Assembly: GCA_052327205.1 (NCBI GenBank)
Contig: CM126220.1
Coordinates: 39,804,001 to 39,868,000, forward strand
Source: Somniosus microcephalus
Lineage: Eukaryota
Reading direction: 5' to 3'
Length of the DNA: 64,000 nucleotides
Shown here piece by piece: positions 12,346 to 23,777 of the stretch. The translations under genes and the position numbers were made by a program. Position 1 is the first letter of the stretch. Every line of letters begins with the position of its first letter. Under the pieces are notes generated by a model. That model worked only from the letters and a program-made list of their open reading frames with translations. It was not told the DNA's origin and ran no database searches.

Positions 12346-15097
12346 CTTTAAAAATGCAAGATAACAAGAAGCACAAGTTAGAAACATGGAAGAAAAAATG
12401 CAAATTACAATCCAGGAAGTTACACAATTCCGCATTAAATGGTTTATTTCGTTAAAAAACGGCTTGAAATAATTCACACAGAAGCAAGACACAGTAAAGG
12501 AAGGTTGCAGCCATAGTATGTACAAAAAATATTATGGTTCGATTGGTTTTGGCTACTTATTGTAACGTGGATAGACTTTTTTCAGTCTTACCATCAAAGA
12601 CAGACAGATTTAGCAAGGACAGCAAAATTAGGAGAAGGAGAGAGAAAGGAGTGAGATGAGGTTTTGTAAGTAGTGCAGAGACACAATGACACTTTGCAAG
12701 CCACAGTGACTTGTTTGACAAGCTTGCGTTAGCACAGAAATACAAGTCAATGTTCATTAAAATAGATATACATTTATCTATGACAGATTAACATTCTATA
12801 GTTGTATTTCTTAGAGAGACATATTTACAACATTTACAACACAAAGGTTCATTGTTGACCGTTAGAACGTCAGAGGTCATCAGCTTTCTGCTTCATAATG
12901 TATGCAAATTTAATTGTTTTTTTTTTAATGATTTGAGGGCTGCTGTAACATTCTCACCAAATGTAAAAAATAGGATAGAATTTTCTATTTTAATCTCACA
13001 ATACCAACAACAGACATGGTCCAAGTATTTATATTTAGTCTTAATTGGGCTCTGAAATAGTCAGCATGATGTATTTTAAAATATGATTTTAGGGAAACAA
13101 TTGTGAAGGAAAATACTTTCCTGAGCTCTTAAGAAAAACAGTTCTCAAAGGGTTTACACGTGTTTTCAACAGTGACCCAAATTACTGATTAAGCATTTTA
13201 CTTAGCTGGAGTTAAAAAAATGGTAATAAATTGACCCAATTTCAAAAATGGTGGAATTTAGTATTCAGAAACAGAATCCGCAGTTAAGCGTTTTGACCTG
13301 GTCTTGCTGTATTGTAATGGAATTCAGCTCATAACATTGCATTTTCCCCACAAGAATAATGCCACTGCTTCTCCTTCAGAAAATGCATTCTGGATAGAAC
13401 TGCATCAGACCAACAAGATTGTTCTACTTTTCTAGGCTACATAACGTGTATGTAATTCAGGTCCAAACAAAGTAACTATCTAGTTTACCTATATCCACAA
13501 ATTTTGAGAACATTATACTGCACATCCACAGAACACATGCCAGTCATATTAGTTAATTCTACCCAACATGCATTAACATGAAGGAGAAGCAACAGCATTC
13601 CTCCTGTGATAAAATGTAATGTTTTGAGCTTGATTTCATCTCAACGTAGCAAGATCTGGGTCACAGCATATGGCAAAGGAATTTGTTTGTTTGTGACTAA
13701 ACTTTAAAATTTACCATTTAAAAAATTGCATTGCATTTTCTTTAAAAGAAAAAGGTCATTTCTGCATTGAAATTATGTGCAAAAGACAGTTTTGTGCATC
13801 GAAAAATGACCTATTTATCTTATTCAGCACTTTTTTGAAATAATTTCATTAAACACAAGTGACTGCAGATTAATATATAATTTACATACAACTGTACTTT
13901 CATAGCAGTAATTTTATTGCATTAATTGGAAAAAAGTTCCCAAATTCTACCGACATTATTGGTGTTTAATAGCTAACAACTTAATTTTTTAGGCCTCCTC
14001 ACCTTTTCAGCATTAAAGTATGAATACTAAATAAATTTACGAATGTCTGGTAGCAGTAAATGGTGTTTCAAAAATAATACATAAGGAACCTCATATTACA
14101 ATGTTTAAATTACTTAACTTATATTTAGTTAAATTACTTCAAACATTCCCTCTTCTTTACTTTTACAACCAGCTAATCAAGGAAATATTCCAAACATATA
14201 ACCTAAATTTCTAGTCTATTAATATTACACTTGGGGAGTTCAATAGCAATGCTCATGTTTCAAAGCTAACTAAAGAGAAAGAAAATCCAATTATTTCACA
14301 GTATCAGAGGTTCTTAACTGAGGCTGAGTATACCGATGGCCTTAAAATACTGAACAACTGTTGAATTGTACATTTTGTGGATGTGGAGGTTGCAGATTAA
14401 GTTTAAAATCGAGATCAACCTCTGCTTTCCAGCATATGCTATATAATTGGTATTTTTCCACAGTGATTACATTTTTGGGTGTCTCCATGAAAATGGTGAG
14501 AATGGGTTTACCATAAAAATAACCAGTTTTACAATAATCTTGTCCTAATTTCGGTAATGAAAACATTTCTATCAAATTGTGATTCAGGATATTTTAACCA
14601 GCTAACCTATTAATGTAGTAGCTGGTTGCGAAGGAAACAGCAATATCTACCCCCTCCCCCAAAAGCATTAATTGAACAATTCTATATGGTCCCCAATACT
14701 AATAAATGCACAAGCAAGACCTCCCATTAAGATAGGATTTTTTTTTAAATTTAAAAACAATTTTGGATTCAGTAATATTTCTATCACTGATTAATTTTTT
14801 TTAATATGGTGACTACAAAATTTAAATGGTGAAAATAGTTCATTTTGGTTAAAATTAAATTACTTGACTAACAAATTTATAAAATAATTTGGAATTTACT
14901 GGGTAAAGATGGTCTGCACCAAGTGAATATATTGTCTGTTAACTTTATGCAGTGTACTGTGCTTGGGGCAATTTAAAATGTATTTTTCCCCCCACTGACA
15001 GTCAGTCATTCATATTTGACAGTTAAAATATTTCTACATTATTTACAAGCTGATTTGGTTAACTACTATGCTTACACATCCCCCTGATGCTCTAGGA

Positions 15098-16057
15098 CAG
15101 GGGTTCTAAACCTTTTTGCTTCGCAGGCCCCCCTCTCCAGTGTTATAAAAATTTCACGGACCCCCCTATAACACAACACAAGTATTTTTTCTGTATAAAA
15201 AAAAATACAACCAGCCCAAAATGAACCCGCTGGATCAGAGCGCGCACTGGAAAACGGGCAACCTCACATACACGACCGAGTGCAAAGCATCGAATGGTTT
15301 TTTCTGGTAACGCCTTCACCACCCGAGGCATTGCTGCCTTGCCCGTGTAACAGAACATGAAGGGTTTGTGGGAGCTCCAGTGTGGCCAATGTTTAAAACA
15401 TCCCAGACATCCGCGTGACAACAGCATCTGACAGGTGCTCAATTGCTCCCAGCACGCCATGCGTCACGTTACAAAACGATGCGTGATCTATTTGACAACG
15501 TTACTGTCTATCAAAGGGACGGCCAGCCTGTTAAGCCCCTCCCATTTTCTATTTAGGCCGGGGGGGGGGGGGGGGGTGTTCCGCACCAGGCCCATTTATA
15601 TTTAAAACCACTTTAGTGTCATTTTGATTTCAAAATAAGTTCAATTTCACTCTAAGCTCGTTCTCGGCGAGTTATTTTTAATCCTTTCCACCACCAACCA
15701 CAGCAGGAGGGACGCTGTTGGTGATGTCCCCAACGGCGCCGCTTCTTCCCACAACACCAGACAGCAGCCGGGGAGGGCGTGGCCGGCCTATCGGGAGTGA
15801 ATGAGTGAGGGAGGCACAGAGTTGGCTGGCCCCCACTATGTGGCTCAGCTTCAGGAGCAAGTTGCAGATAGAAGCCCAGGCTAAAGTGGCGTCGCTGTCG
15901 CGGGGGAGGCGGCGGCAAGCTGGATCCAGCAAGTGGAGCAATTTACAAACGGCATGGCGCAGCGCTGGCTCCTTCTCGCCACCTGCCTGCCCGCCCCGCC
16001 TTGCCTTATTATGGACCCCTTGAAATTTTCTCACGAACCTCCGGTTGAGAACCCCTG
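15098..16057. mobile_element. Non-autonomous hAT (Charlie-like) transposon, 960 bp
   Basis: TIRs caggggttctaaacc / ggttgagaacccctg; perfect 8-bp TSD ctctagga at 15090-15097 and 16058-16065. Confidence 0.93.
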
Positions 16058-16119
16058 CTCTAGGACATTTCTTGAAGCACACACAAATTGCACTGTGTCA
16101 CACAATTAGGAGAGCTTAC

Positions 16120-16172
16120 CTCTTTTTCATTTCTAGTAGCTGATTATTGAGTGCAGATCGCTCTTCCTCGAG
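16120..16172 (-). CDS. CLIP1: CLIP1 exon, 53 nt, phase 0-2 (LEEERSALNNQLLEMKK)
   Basis: tttcag|CTC ... GAG|gtaagc; human LEEERSVLNNQLLEMKKR. Confidence 0.96.
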
Positions 16173-17159
16173 CTGAAATAAAAAGCAAAAGCACAGCTTG
16201 AATCTTTGTTACGAAAGAGCTTTAAGGTGGACAGCCAACATTTACTCAAGCTCCAGTGAGACATATTAAAATATAAATCCACAACCAGTAATGAAACACT
16301 GATGCCATTAATGTTATCCAATATCTACATGTTTATCATATTAATTATCACTATTAATTCATAAATATTTCAATGGTAAATTAATAAGATGAACACTGCA
16401 CATATTGTAGGAAGCAGCACAGGAGTAGGTACACAGATACTGCTATTTACTGCTGCATAATCTATTCTGGCTTGTAAGGAAAATCATGTTGCAATGCAGA
16501 TGGACAAAATAGGAGAATGAGAGAAGTAGATATATTGGCATGATGATCTCTAGCAGGGATTCAAAGATTTTAACCATAGTTTAAAAAAAAATAGCTGCAT
16601 TCAAATAGAACTTGCACTATGCCTTGTTGTGAAACTGCCGAGAGACACATATGCTAAATAGGCCACATTCACTTCCAATGGTGATACATTTCCACAACAG
16701 GCTTAATCTGCCTCGAACACAGCCAGGATTAAAACAATTTAAAAACTGTGATCACAAACAATGCAAATGGTACAGAGCACAGGATCTTAGAAAAACTATG
16801 CAATGTTAAAACTCTGCAATATTGAAAAAAAATATACAAATTTAGTTAAGATTGCTGTCTACGGGACAACAGAAATCAGGGGACACTTTTTGGAAGGAAA
16901 AGTTTATTAAACATTTAAAAAGAATAAGAGTCTCATTGAAAATATAGGCACAAACAGAGCACTTTGAGGGGATAACTCAGGTTTTATTTCTTTATTCTTG
17001 GCCTAATAGCATGATTATTTAGGTTTTCATTGGTACTCTCTGGATTCATTGCTTGATGGTTCCAGACAATGGATAGGTTTCAATAAGACCAAATAAAGCA
17101 GTGCAGATGTCGGACTGATGTATTACAAATGTAGTTCTCATATTTTCAGCCGGAGATAA

Positions 17160-17600
17160 AGAACTTGCGTTTATATAGAACCTCAGCTTGTCCCAAAGCA
17201 CTTTACAGCCAAGTGAATACTTTTGAAGTGTAGTCACTGTTGTAATGTAGGAAACGTGGCAGCCAATTTATGCACAGCAAGCTCCCACGAACAGCAATGA
17301 GATAAATGACAATGGTTTAGTGATGTTGGTTGAGGGATAAATGTTGAACAGGACACCAGGTGAACTCCCCCCTACTTTCTTTGAATAATACCTTGGATCT
17401 TTTACATCCACTTGGGACGGCAGATGGGACCTCAATTTAACGTCACATTCGAACGAAGGCACCTCCACCAGTGCAGCACTTCCTCAATACTGCACGGATA
17501 TGTCAGTCTTGGTTACTTGCTCAAGTCTCTGGAGTGGGGCTTGAATCCACAACCTTCTGACTGAGACACAAGAGTGCTACCGTTGAGCCAAGGCCGATAC
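17160..17600 (-). mobile_element. DeuSINE (SacSINE1/AmnSINE1-like), near full length
   Basis: tRNA-like head at about 17520-17600, central domain (ctcaatttaacgtc...ggcacctcc), and an L2-type tail shared with local LINE ends. The family name is from recall. Confidence 0.75.
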
Positions 17601-19379
17601 CCTGGGATAATGCTTATATTCCCGATTTGTGTAGCCAGACAATCATGTTAAATAACCACTTGCTAGTCACCGATGTAAGTGGGTTAATGGCTATTGTATG
17701 TGCAACTGCAGCCATTTTTAAAAAAAGGTCTGGCTGAAAGGGAGACTTATCTGTTCCATCATCCCAATCATAAATCCTATGGCACTGATACAGACTGTGG
17801 GGAAGCCTGCCATCTAGAGACTGGCATTTCTGGCCATAATAGGGCAATATGGAAGGCAAGAAACCAAAGAGAGGGAAAAGAGACAAACAGAATTTAAATG
17901 TTGTACCAGAACATTTTACATTTCAAACTGTCGAGTGATCATATTTGTTACTTTCTCTACTGAATTATCACCACTGGAGAGTACAGAATTGTTTAAATTT
18001 CAGATCATTTACTGTAGGCAGGGTCTTCCCGATTCTCTGAACATAGTTCAACCTCCACATGCAAATGAACAGACCCTTCTTCCAAATGGAAAGAACTGTA
18101 ACTAAGAGTTTTATGCCATATATATTAAGTGGTTTTCCCCACCACTGTCACATCATGAACCTAGTTCTGAGTGCACCTCAGTCCTTTGAAAAGTGCCCAG
18201 CAACAAGGAAGCTGCAGTTCAAGAGAACAAAGCTGCATGTAGTGATTGAGACTTGGGAAGACCGCACCTTAACCTAGATAACTAAAGATTTTTCCTTACT
18301 TGTTCAACTTCCATACACAAATGAGTTATGCCAAAACAGTACAGAAAACAAATGTTGGAAGCTTATTAAAAGTAACTAGGAGTATGCAATTCCAAACCGC
18401 TCATCAGCTTGAGTTGTCAGATCAAGGGGACAATGCTTCATAAAATCTGGCTGCAGCACAAGTATAACGGAGCCTTAATCATAACCAGTTAAAGAAAAGC
18501 AGACAAATTCTACTACCAACAGAAAGAGGATCCATCACTTGTCTATTCACCATTCGCCCGGTTTCTGTTCATTTTGTTTATCTTCCGTTTTATGTTTGCC
18601 TTGTCTTATCTTCTGACCTATTTTGTTTTTGTCTCTTTGTCCTTTACCCTTCTATTTCTCTTCATTTCTATCTTATCTCTTGGCCTACTACAAGTGAATT
18701 AGCTTGCTGCCAACACTGGAGGCCAATTCACAGCACCCAGTTGCTTTATTGCTGCAGCACAATGTCTCTCACACAAGGAAGGTCATTTTTTTTTGCCCAT
18801 TTAAACTTTTTCTTACTGTTGTATAAATAAATAACTGTTGCTGGTGTGACATGGACCCAACTGGGCGAAAAACAATGACTTTGAAGTGTGTATTTACTCA
18901 TTGCTCAAACATTTGCGTCACAATAGTGCAGTATCCTCTGTATAAATAACAGGCTTGATGAAGCCACTTACAATTGAGGACAGGAAGGTAGATTGAAGAT
19001 AAAGAATATAAATCAAGTCCTTCAATCAAAGCACCCATCCTTACTTATAAATTATTGTATGATTAATGTAGGTTTAGAATATATAGATCAATTTGAAGAG
19101 CTAGCCCCACCACCATGATGGTGCTGATTGGCCTCCTCCTGTGATGTAATTTCTATGATTTTATGACAATGAATTGATGAAAATGATTCAACACTGGTAT
19201 GATACTGTTCCATTTTATAAATGTATTTCACAGGGAATTGAAAAAAATAAATGCATGTCTACAGACTTCAATAATGTGGGAGGAAGCTGTGTATGTCACC
19301 TTTTCTAATTTTCTCAGCATTTTTAATGCAACAGGTGACAAGAAGTTAATAGCATCAACAGAGCAAGTTATACTAATAT

Positions 19380-19670
19380 TTGTATTTATATAGCAGCATC
19401 ACATCAAAACTTCTCAGAGCGTTTCACTTTTTTGAAGAGCAATAACCATCGTTATGTAGGCAGATGAAGCAGCAGAATCCTTCAAACAGCAATGGCATGA
19501 ATGACCAGTTCATGTGTTATTGGTGGTATTGATTGAGGGAGGAATGCTGGCTAGGACACAGGGAGAACTCCTGCTCTTTTCTGAATAACGCCACCGGATT
19601 TTGCATGTCTAACTGAGCTACCAGAAAAGGCAGGTAGGTGAGGCCTCAGTTTAACATCTCATCTTAAGGA
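19380..19670 (-). mobile_element. Degraded copy of the same DeuSINE
   Basis: Shares ttgaggga..aatg..ggacac..ggagaactcc and ggcctcagtttaacatctcatc with 17160-17600. Confidence 0.65.
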
Positions 19671-20567
19671 TCACAACTTATTTTACATGTTTGCTTCTGA
19701 TTCTGCAGGATTACGCAGACTGCGCTGCTTAACAGATACTCACATGGAGGCATCCTTAATTAAACATAAAAGATGCCCGCAACACCAATCAGAAGTCAGC
19801 AATGTATTTGAGTTTATTTGAAACATGGTATAAATATATGTCGAAGTTCATATTTTCTAACTTGTAGATATGATTGGCATATTTCAGTAAATTTAGATGT
19901 TATTTCACTGAAATTGTCAATCTCATTATGAGCATTTCTATTATTTACCATCTATTGACACTGAAAATATTACCCTAACTTGTTTAACATTGATACTGTC
20001 AAATCCCACTATTAAGAGTGAAATAAGAACTTCAAAAAATATATTTGTTCTTGGGATGTGGGCAACATTGGCACAGCTGTATTTATTGCCCAGCCCTAGA
20101 TTCCCTGAGGACACCGAATTAACTACATTGTGTGTGGAATTGGAGTCACATATAGGTCAGACCAGATAGGGGTGGCAGGTGCCTTTTCCTAAAGAACATT
20201 AGTGAACCAGTTCAGTTTTCACAACAGTTCGGCTGCTTTCATGGTCATTTATTCTGGTGCCAGCACGCAAATTAACAGATTAAAAAAAATAATGAACTTG
20301 CCTACTTCTAGTTTCAAAATCATTGGTTTATGTATTGCACACTGTTCATTCCAAGTACAATATTCAGCCAATGTGTGTTCAGAATGTTCATATCTGAATT
20401 CACCACTCCACATAGTTAAAATCTACTTTGCATCATACTTTTTCCTTCTAGTGCTCTGAAGCTTTGGTGTGGCCCTGCTTTATACAAATGCATTTAAATG
20501 AATCTTGTGCACAAGATGGTGTTCCTTGGCCAAGGTGTTCCGTGAATTTTAACAGACAGAAGCTGCA

Positions 20568-20680
20568 TATTTCCTACTTTACAACAGTGACTACACTTCA
20601 AAAGTACTTCATTGGCTGTAAAGTGCTTTGGGATGTCCTGAGGTCATGAAAGGCGCTATATAAATGCAACTCTTTCTTTC
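20568..20680 (+). mobile_element. DeuSINE 3' tail fragment
   Basis: Reverse complement of 17160-17255 (acaacagtgactacacttcaaaagta...gctatataaatgcaa). Confidence 0.7.
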
Positions 20681-21369
20681 ATATGATTAACCTGGTTTTA
20701 CAAGATAGTTCTTTAAAAGGCTTACAATTGCCATGGCTTCTCACCAACTGAAATGCCACTTACCTCAAAAACTGATTTTTGTTTGACAGACAGAAAAATG
20801 TAAATTAGTTTATTAAAAATTACTGTAAAAATTCTAACAAAATACTGTTTATAAAGCGAGTGGACAATTTAAGTTAAATGAAGTTTTGCTAAGGTATAAT
20901 ATATTGTTTAAAAATAAGCTAGTAATTTAAAAATGTTAATCCTACTACAACTGAGAAAGGAAAATATATTATCCTTTTGGAACATTTGTGGACATGCAAG
21001 AGAAATCTGCAGCTGTAACTGGAGAGAGTCAAACAGGTTAGGGGGCATGAGGTGTCACAATGGGTCAAAAATGCTAGCTTTTCACCTCTGGGAATCTTGG
21101 CACCTTTTCCCAAGTATGGACAAGCCTCCTTTCTTCACTGGCTGCCAGGGTTCTAAACAAATGTTTGGACAGCCTCAATCCAGTTCACCGACACCATAGC
21201 TAATAGCACAAGGCTACCCATAGTTCAAGACTAACTGGCAACCTCAATAAGACAGGCCCCAAGATGGCTGGGATGTGGAATGAAATAAAATCAAAATATT
21301 CATACTTGTGAAGTTGAGGGCGACATATAATGGCATTATCAAGTATAAATTTGAAAAATACACCCTGTC

Positions 21370-21408
<39 letters not shown>

Positions 21409-21517
21409 GCTACTTTTAAAAACTCACCACAAGCTGACCTGCCTCTGGATCAGGACCGCTAACCACAGTATTTCTGAGGCTAGATAATGAAACGTGATAT
21501 TTTGCCACTTAGCCGTG

Positions 21518-22453
21518 GTCACTACCTCGTCTCTCGCCCCCGCCACGGGGTCTAAATTGTCAGACTGCTTGTCTGACATACAATTCTGGATGAGCAAAAA
21601 TTTTCTCCAATTAAATATTGGGAAGACCGGAGCCATTGTTTTCGGTCCCCGCCACAAACTCCGTTCGCTAGCCACTGACCCCATCCCTCTCCCTAACATC
21701 TGTTTGAGGCTGAACCACACTGTTCGCAACCTTGGTGTCATATTTGACCCTGAAATGAGCTTCCGACCACATATTGGCAGAACAAAGACCGCCTACTTCC
21801 ACCTCCGTAACATCGCCCGTCTCGGCCCTTGCCTCAGCTCATCTGCTGCTGAAACCCTCATCCATGCTTTTGTTACCTCTAGACTTGACTATTCCAACAC
21901 ACTCCTGGCTGGTCTCCCACGTTCTACCCTACGTAAACTTGAGGTCATCGAAAACTCGGCTGCCAATGTCCTAACTCGCACCAAGTCCCGTTCGCCCATC
22001 TCCCGTGCTCGCTGACCTCCATTGGCTCCCAGTTAAGCAGCGCCTCGATTTCAAAATTCTCATCCTTGTTTTCAAATTCCTCCATGGCCTCACCCCTTTC
22101 TATCTCTAATCTCCTTCAGCCCTACAACTCCCTCCCCCCACCCCAAGATATCTGCGCTCCTCTAATTCTGCCCTCTTGCGCATCCCTGATCGCTCTACCT
22201 TTGGTGGCCATGCCTTCTGTTGCCTGGACCCCAAGCTCTGGAATTCCCTGCCTAAACCTGTCCGCCTCGCTATCTCTCTTTCCTCCTTTAAGACGCTCCT
22301 TAAAACCTACCTCTTTGACCAAGCTTTTGGTCATCTGCCCTAATTTATCCTTATGTGGATCGGTGTCAAATTTTGTGTCTTAAAATACTCCTGTGCAGCG
22401 CCTTGGGACGTTTTACTATGTTAAAGGAGCTATATAAATACAAGTTGTTGTTG
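21518..22453 (+). mobile_element. L2-like LINE 3' portion
   Basis: WMSKNFLQLNIGKT, RNLGVIFD, AETLIHAFVTSRLDYSN motifs; tail gctatataaatacaagttgttgttg. Confidence 0.88.
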
Positions 22454-23265
22454 TTTACTGCTGTTCACTGCTTTCAGTGGCGTAGCTAAGTCTAAACAAT
22501 GAAATACAGTTCAATGCCTAAACTCAAACATTGATTGGGATATAGGGTATATTTTTCAGACAAATTCTTACAAGGTAAAACCACTCTTAAGTCTCATCTT
22601 GGTTACTAACTGTCGGGGATAAGTTTATGCCACCTTCTTCAGCATCTGACTTATCACTTAGTTATGAATTAATTTTGTCTAAGGAAAATGTGGGATAATA
22701 AACTATTCTATAAAATATCTGGGAAAATTGTTAATACTATCATTTAATCTGATGAGCTCTGATTACTATTAAAAAATAATTGTACTTTATCGTCCTAACA
22801 TCCAATGTAATGTTAACTTATTTGAGGAGCTGTAACCCTATTATTTTTTTTGCCTAAATACCTATTTTCTATAGTGTGCAAACACAAATTACTTTATTCC
22901 ATTAGTTTAAAAATGCCAAAAATTAAGTTTCACAAATCATTGAAAAAAAGTTATTTTCACCATGTGGAACTTTTTTTTGCTGAATTCTGAAAATGGAAGT
23001 CAGTGTTGACTGCAGGTTATTGCTGCCAGGTGCCTACATACAGCCAATCATACTTCCGTAAGTAGATGCAAGCAAGATGTACCAGGTATCCAGCAGAGAA
23101 AATTCTGCCTGATAATTTAGGGAAAAAAATTAGGAAAATGACAAGCAGATTTAAGTCATTAATGGAGATACTACTAACACAGGAAGTTAGTTAGTAAACA
23201 GATTCCTAATAGACACCAAAACAAAAACTGAATTCAATTATGTAAATAGAGCCTTTTGCAGGTTT

Positions 23266-23310
23266 GTTGCTAGGGGTAACGTGCTGTGCTAGGATTGTGG
23301 TTATGGATAC
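23266..23310. promoter_or_regulatory. Two RFX X-box-like motifs
   Basis: GTTGCTAGGGGTAAC (23266-23280) and a weaker GTGGTTATGGATAC (23297-23310). Confidence 0.45.
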
Positions 23311-23617
23311 CCTAATTCCAAAGCTTTAGGTGACCAAAAGGAAAAAAAAGGCTAAGATTTTTGATTAGATCAGCCATCTACGTATCTAAACTGACGATAT
23401 ATAATTAGCAAAAATGTTGTCCTTGATTATATATTAAACGTGGTTTGTGGTAGAAAAATATACTGGATAAATAAATCAAAGTTTAAAAAAAATACATGTT
23501 AGATTATTCCAATTATGAAACAAACAAGTGCTGGTGTTACACATTTTGAAATGCTAAAAGCACCAGCACTGAATTGTTGTGGTGCGGCAAATCCAAGCAC
23601 CTTTCCGCAGCACATAC

Positions 23618-23738
23618 CTTCTGATGGCTGGTGACTTCGTCCTTGCTTCTGCCCAGCTCGCTTGCAAGTTTGCCGTTTTCCTCATGTAGTGCTGCCAGCT
23701 GCTGGGACTTCTGGGCTGCTGCCAGCTTCAGCTCCTCT
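23618..23738 (-). CDS. CLIP1: CLIP1 exon, 121 nt, phase 2-0 ([40 protein letters not shown])
   Basis: ctttgcag|A ... AAG|gtatgt; very close to the recalled human peptide. Confidence 0.96.
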
Positions 23739-23761
23739 CTGCAAAGGCAAAGTGAGTGCAC

Positions 23762-23777
23762 GGTTACTATAGTAACC
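23762..23777. promoter_or_regulatory. Perfect 16-bp palindrome containing an RFX X-box
   Basis: GGTTACTATAGTAACC; its core fits GTTRCYATRGYAAC. Confidence 0.55.

Noticed and set aside
4891-14575. Numerous 60-125 aa ORFs from the track
   Set aside because: They are chance ORFs in AT-rich intron or repeat sequence, with no recognisable domains apart from the CR1 fragments.
17520-17600. tRNA gene
   Set aside because: It is the degenerate tRNA-derived head of a SINE, and I could not build a full cloverleaf.
21373-21404. Long poly-T tract as a terminator or retrocopy tail
   Set aside because: It is a simple homopolymer with no recognisable attached element or TSD.
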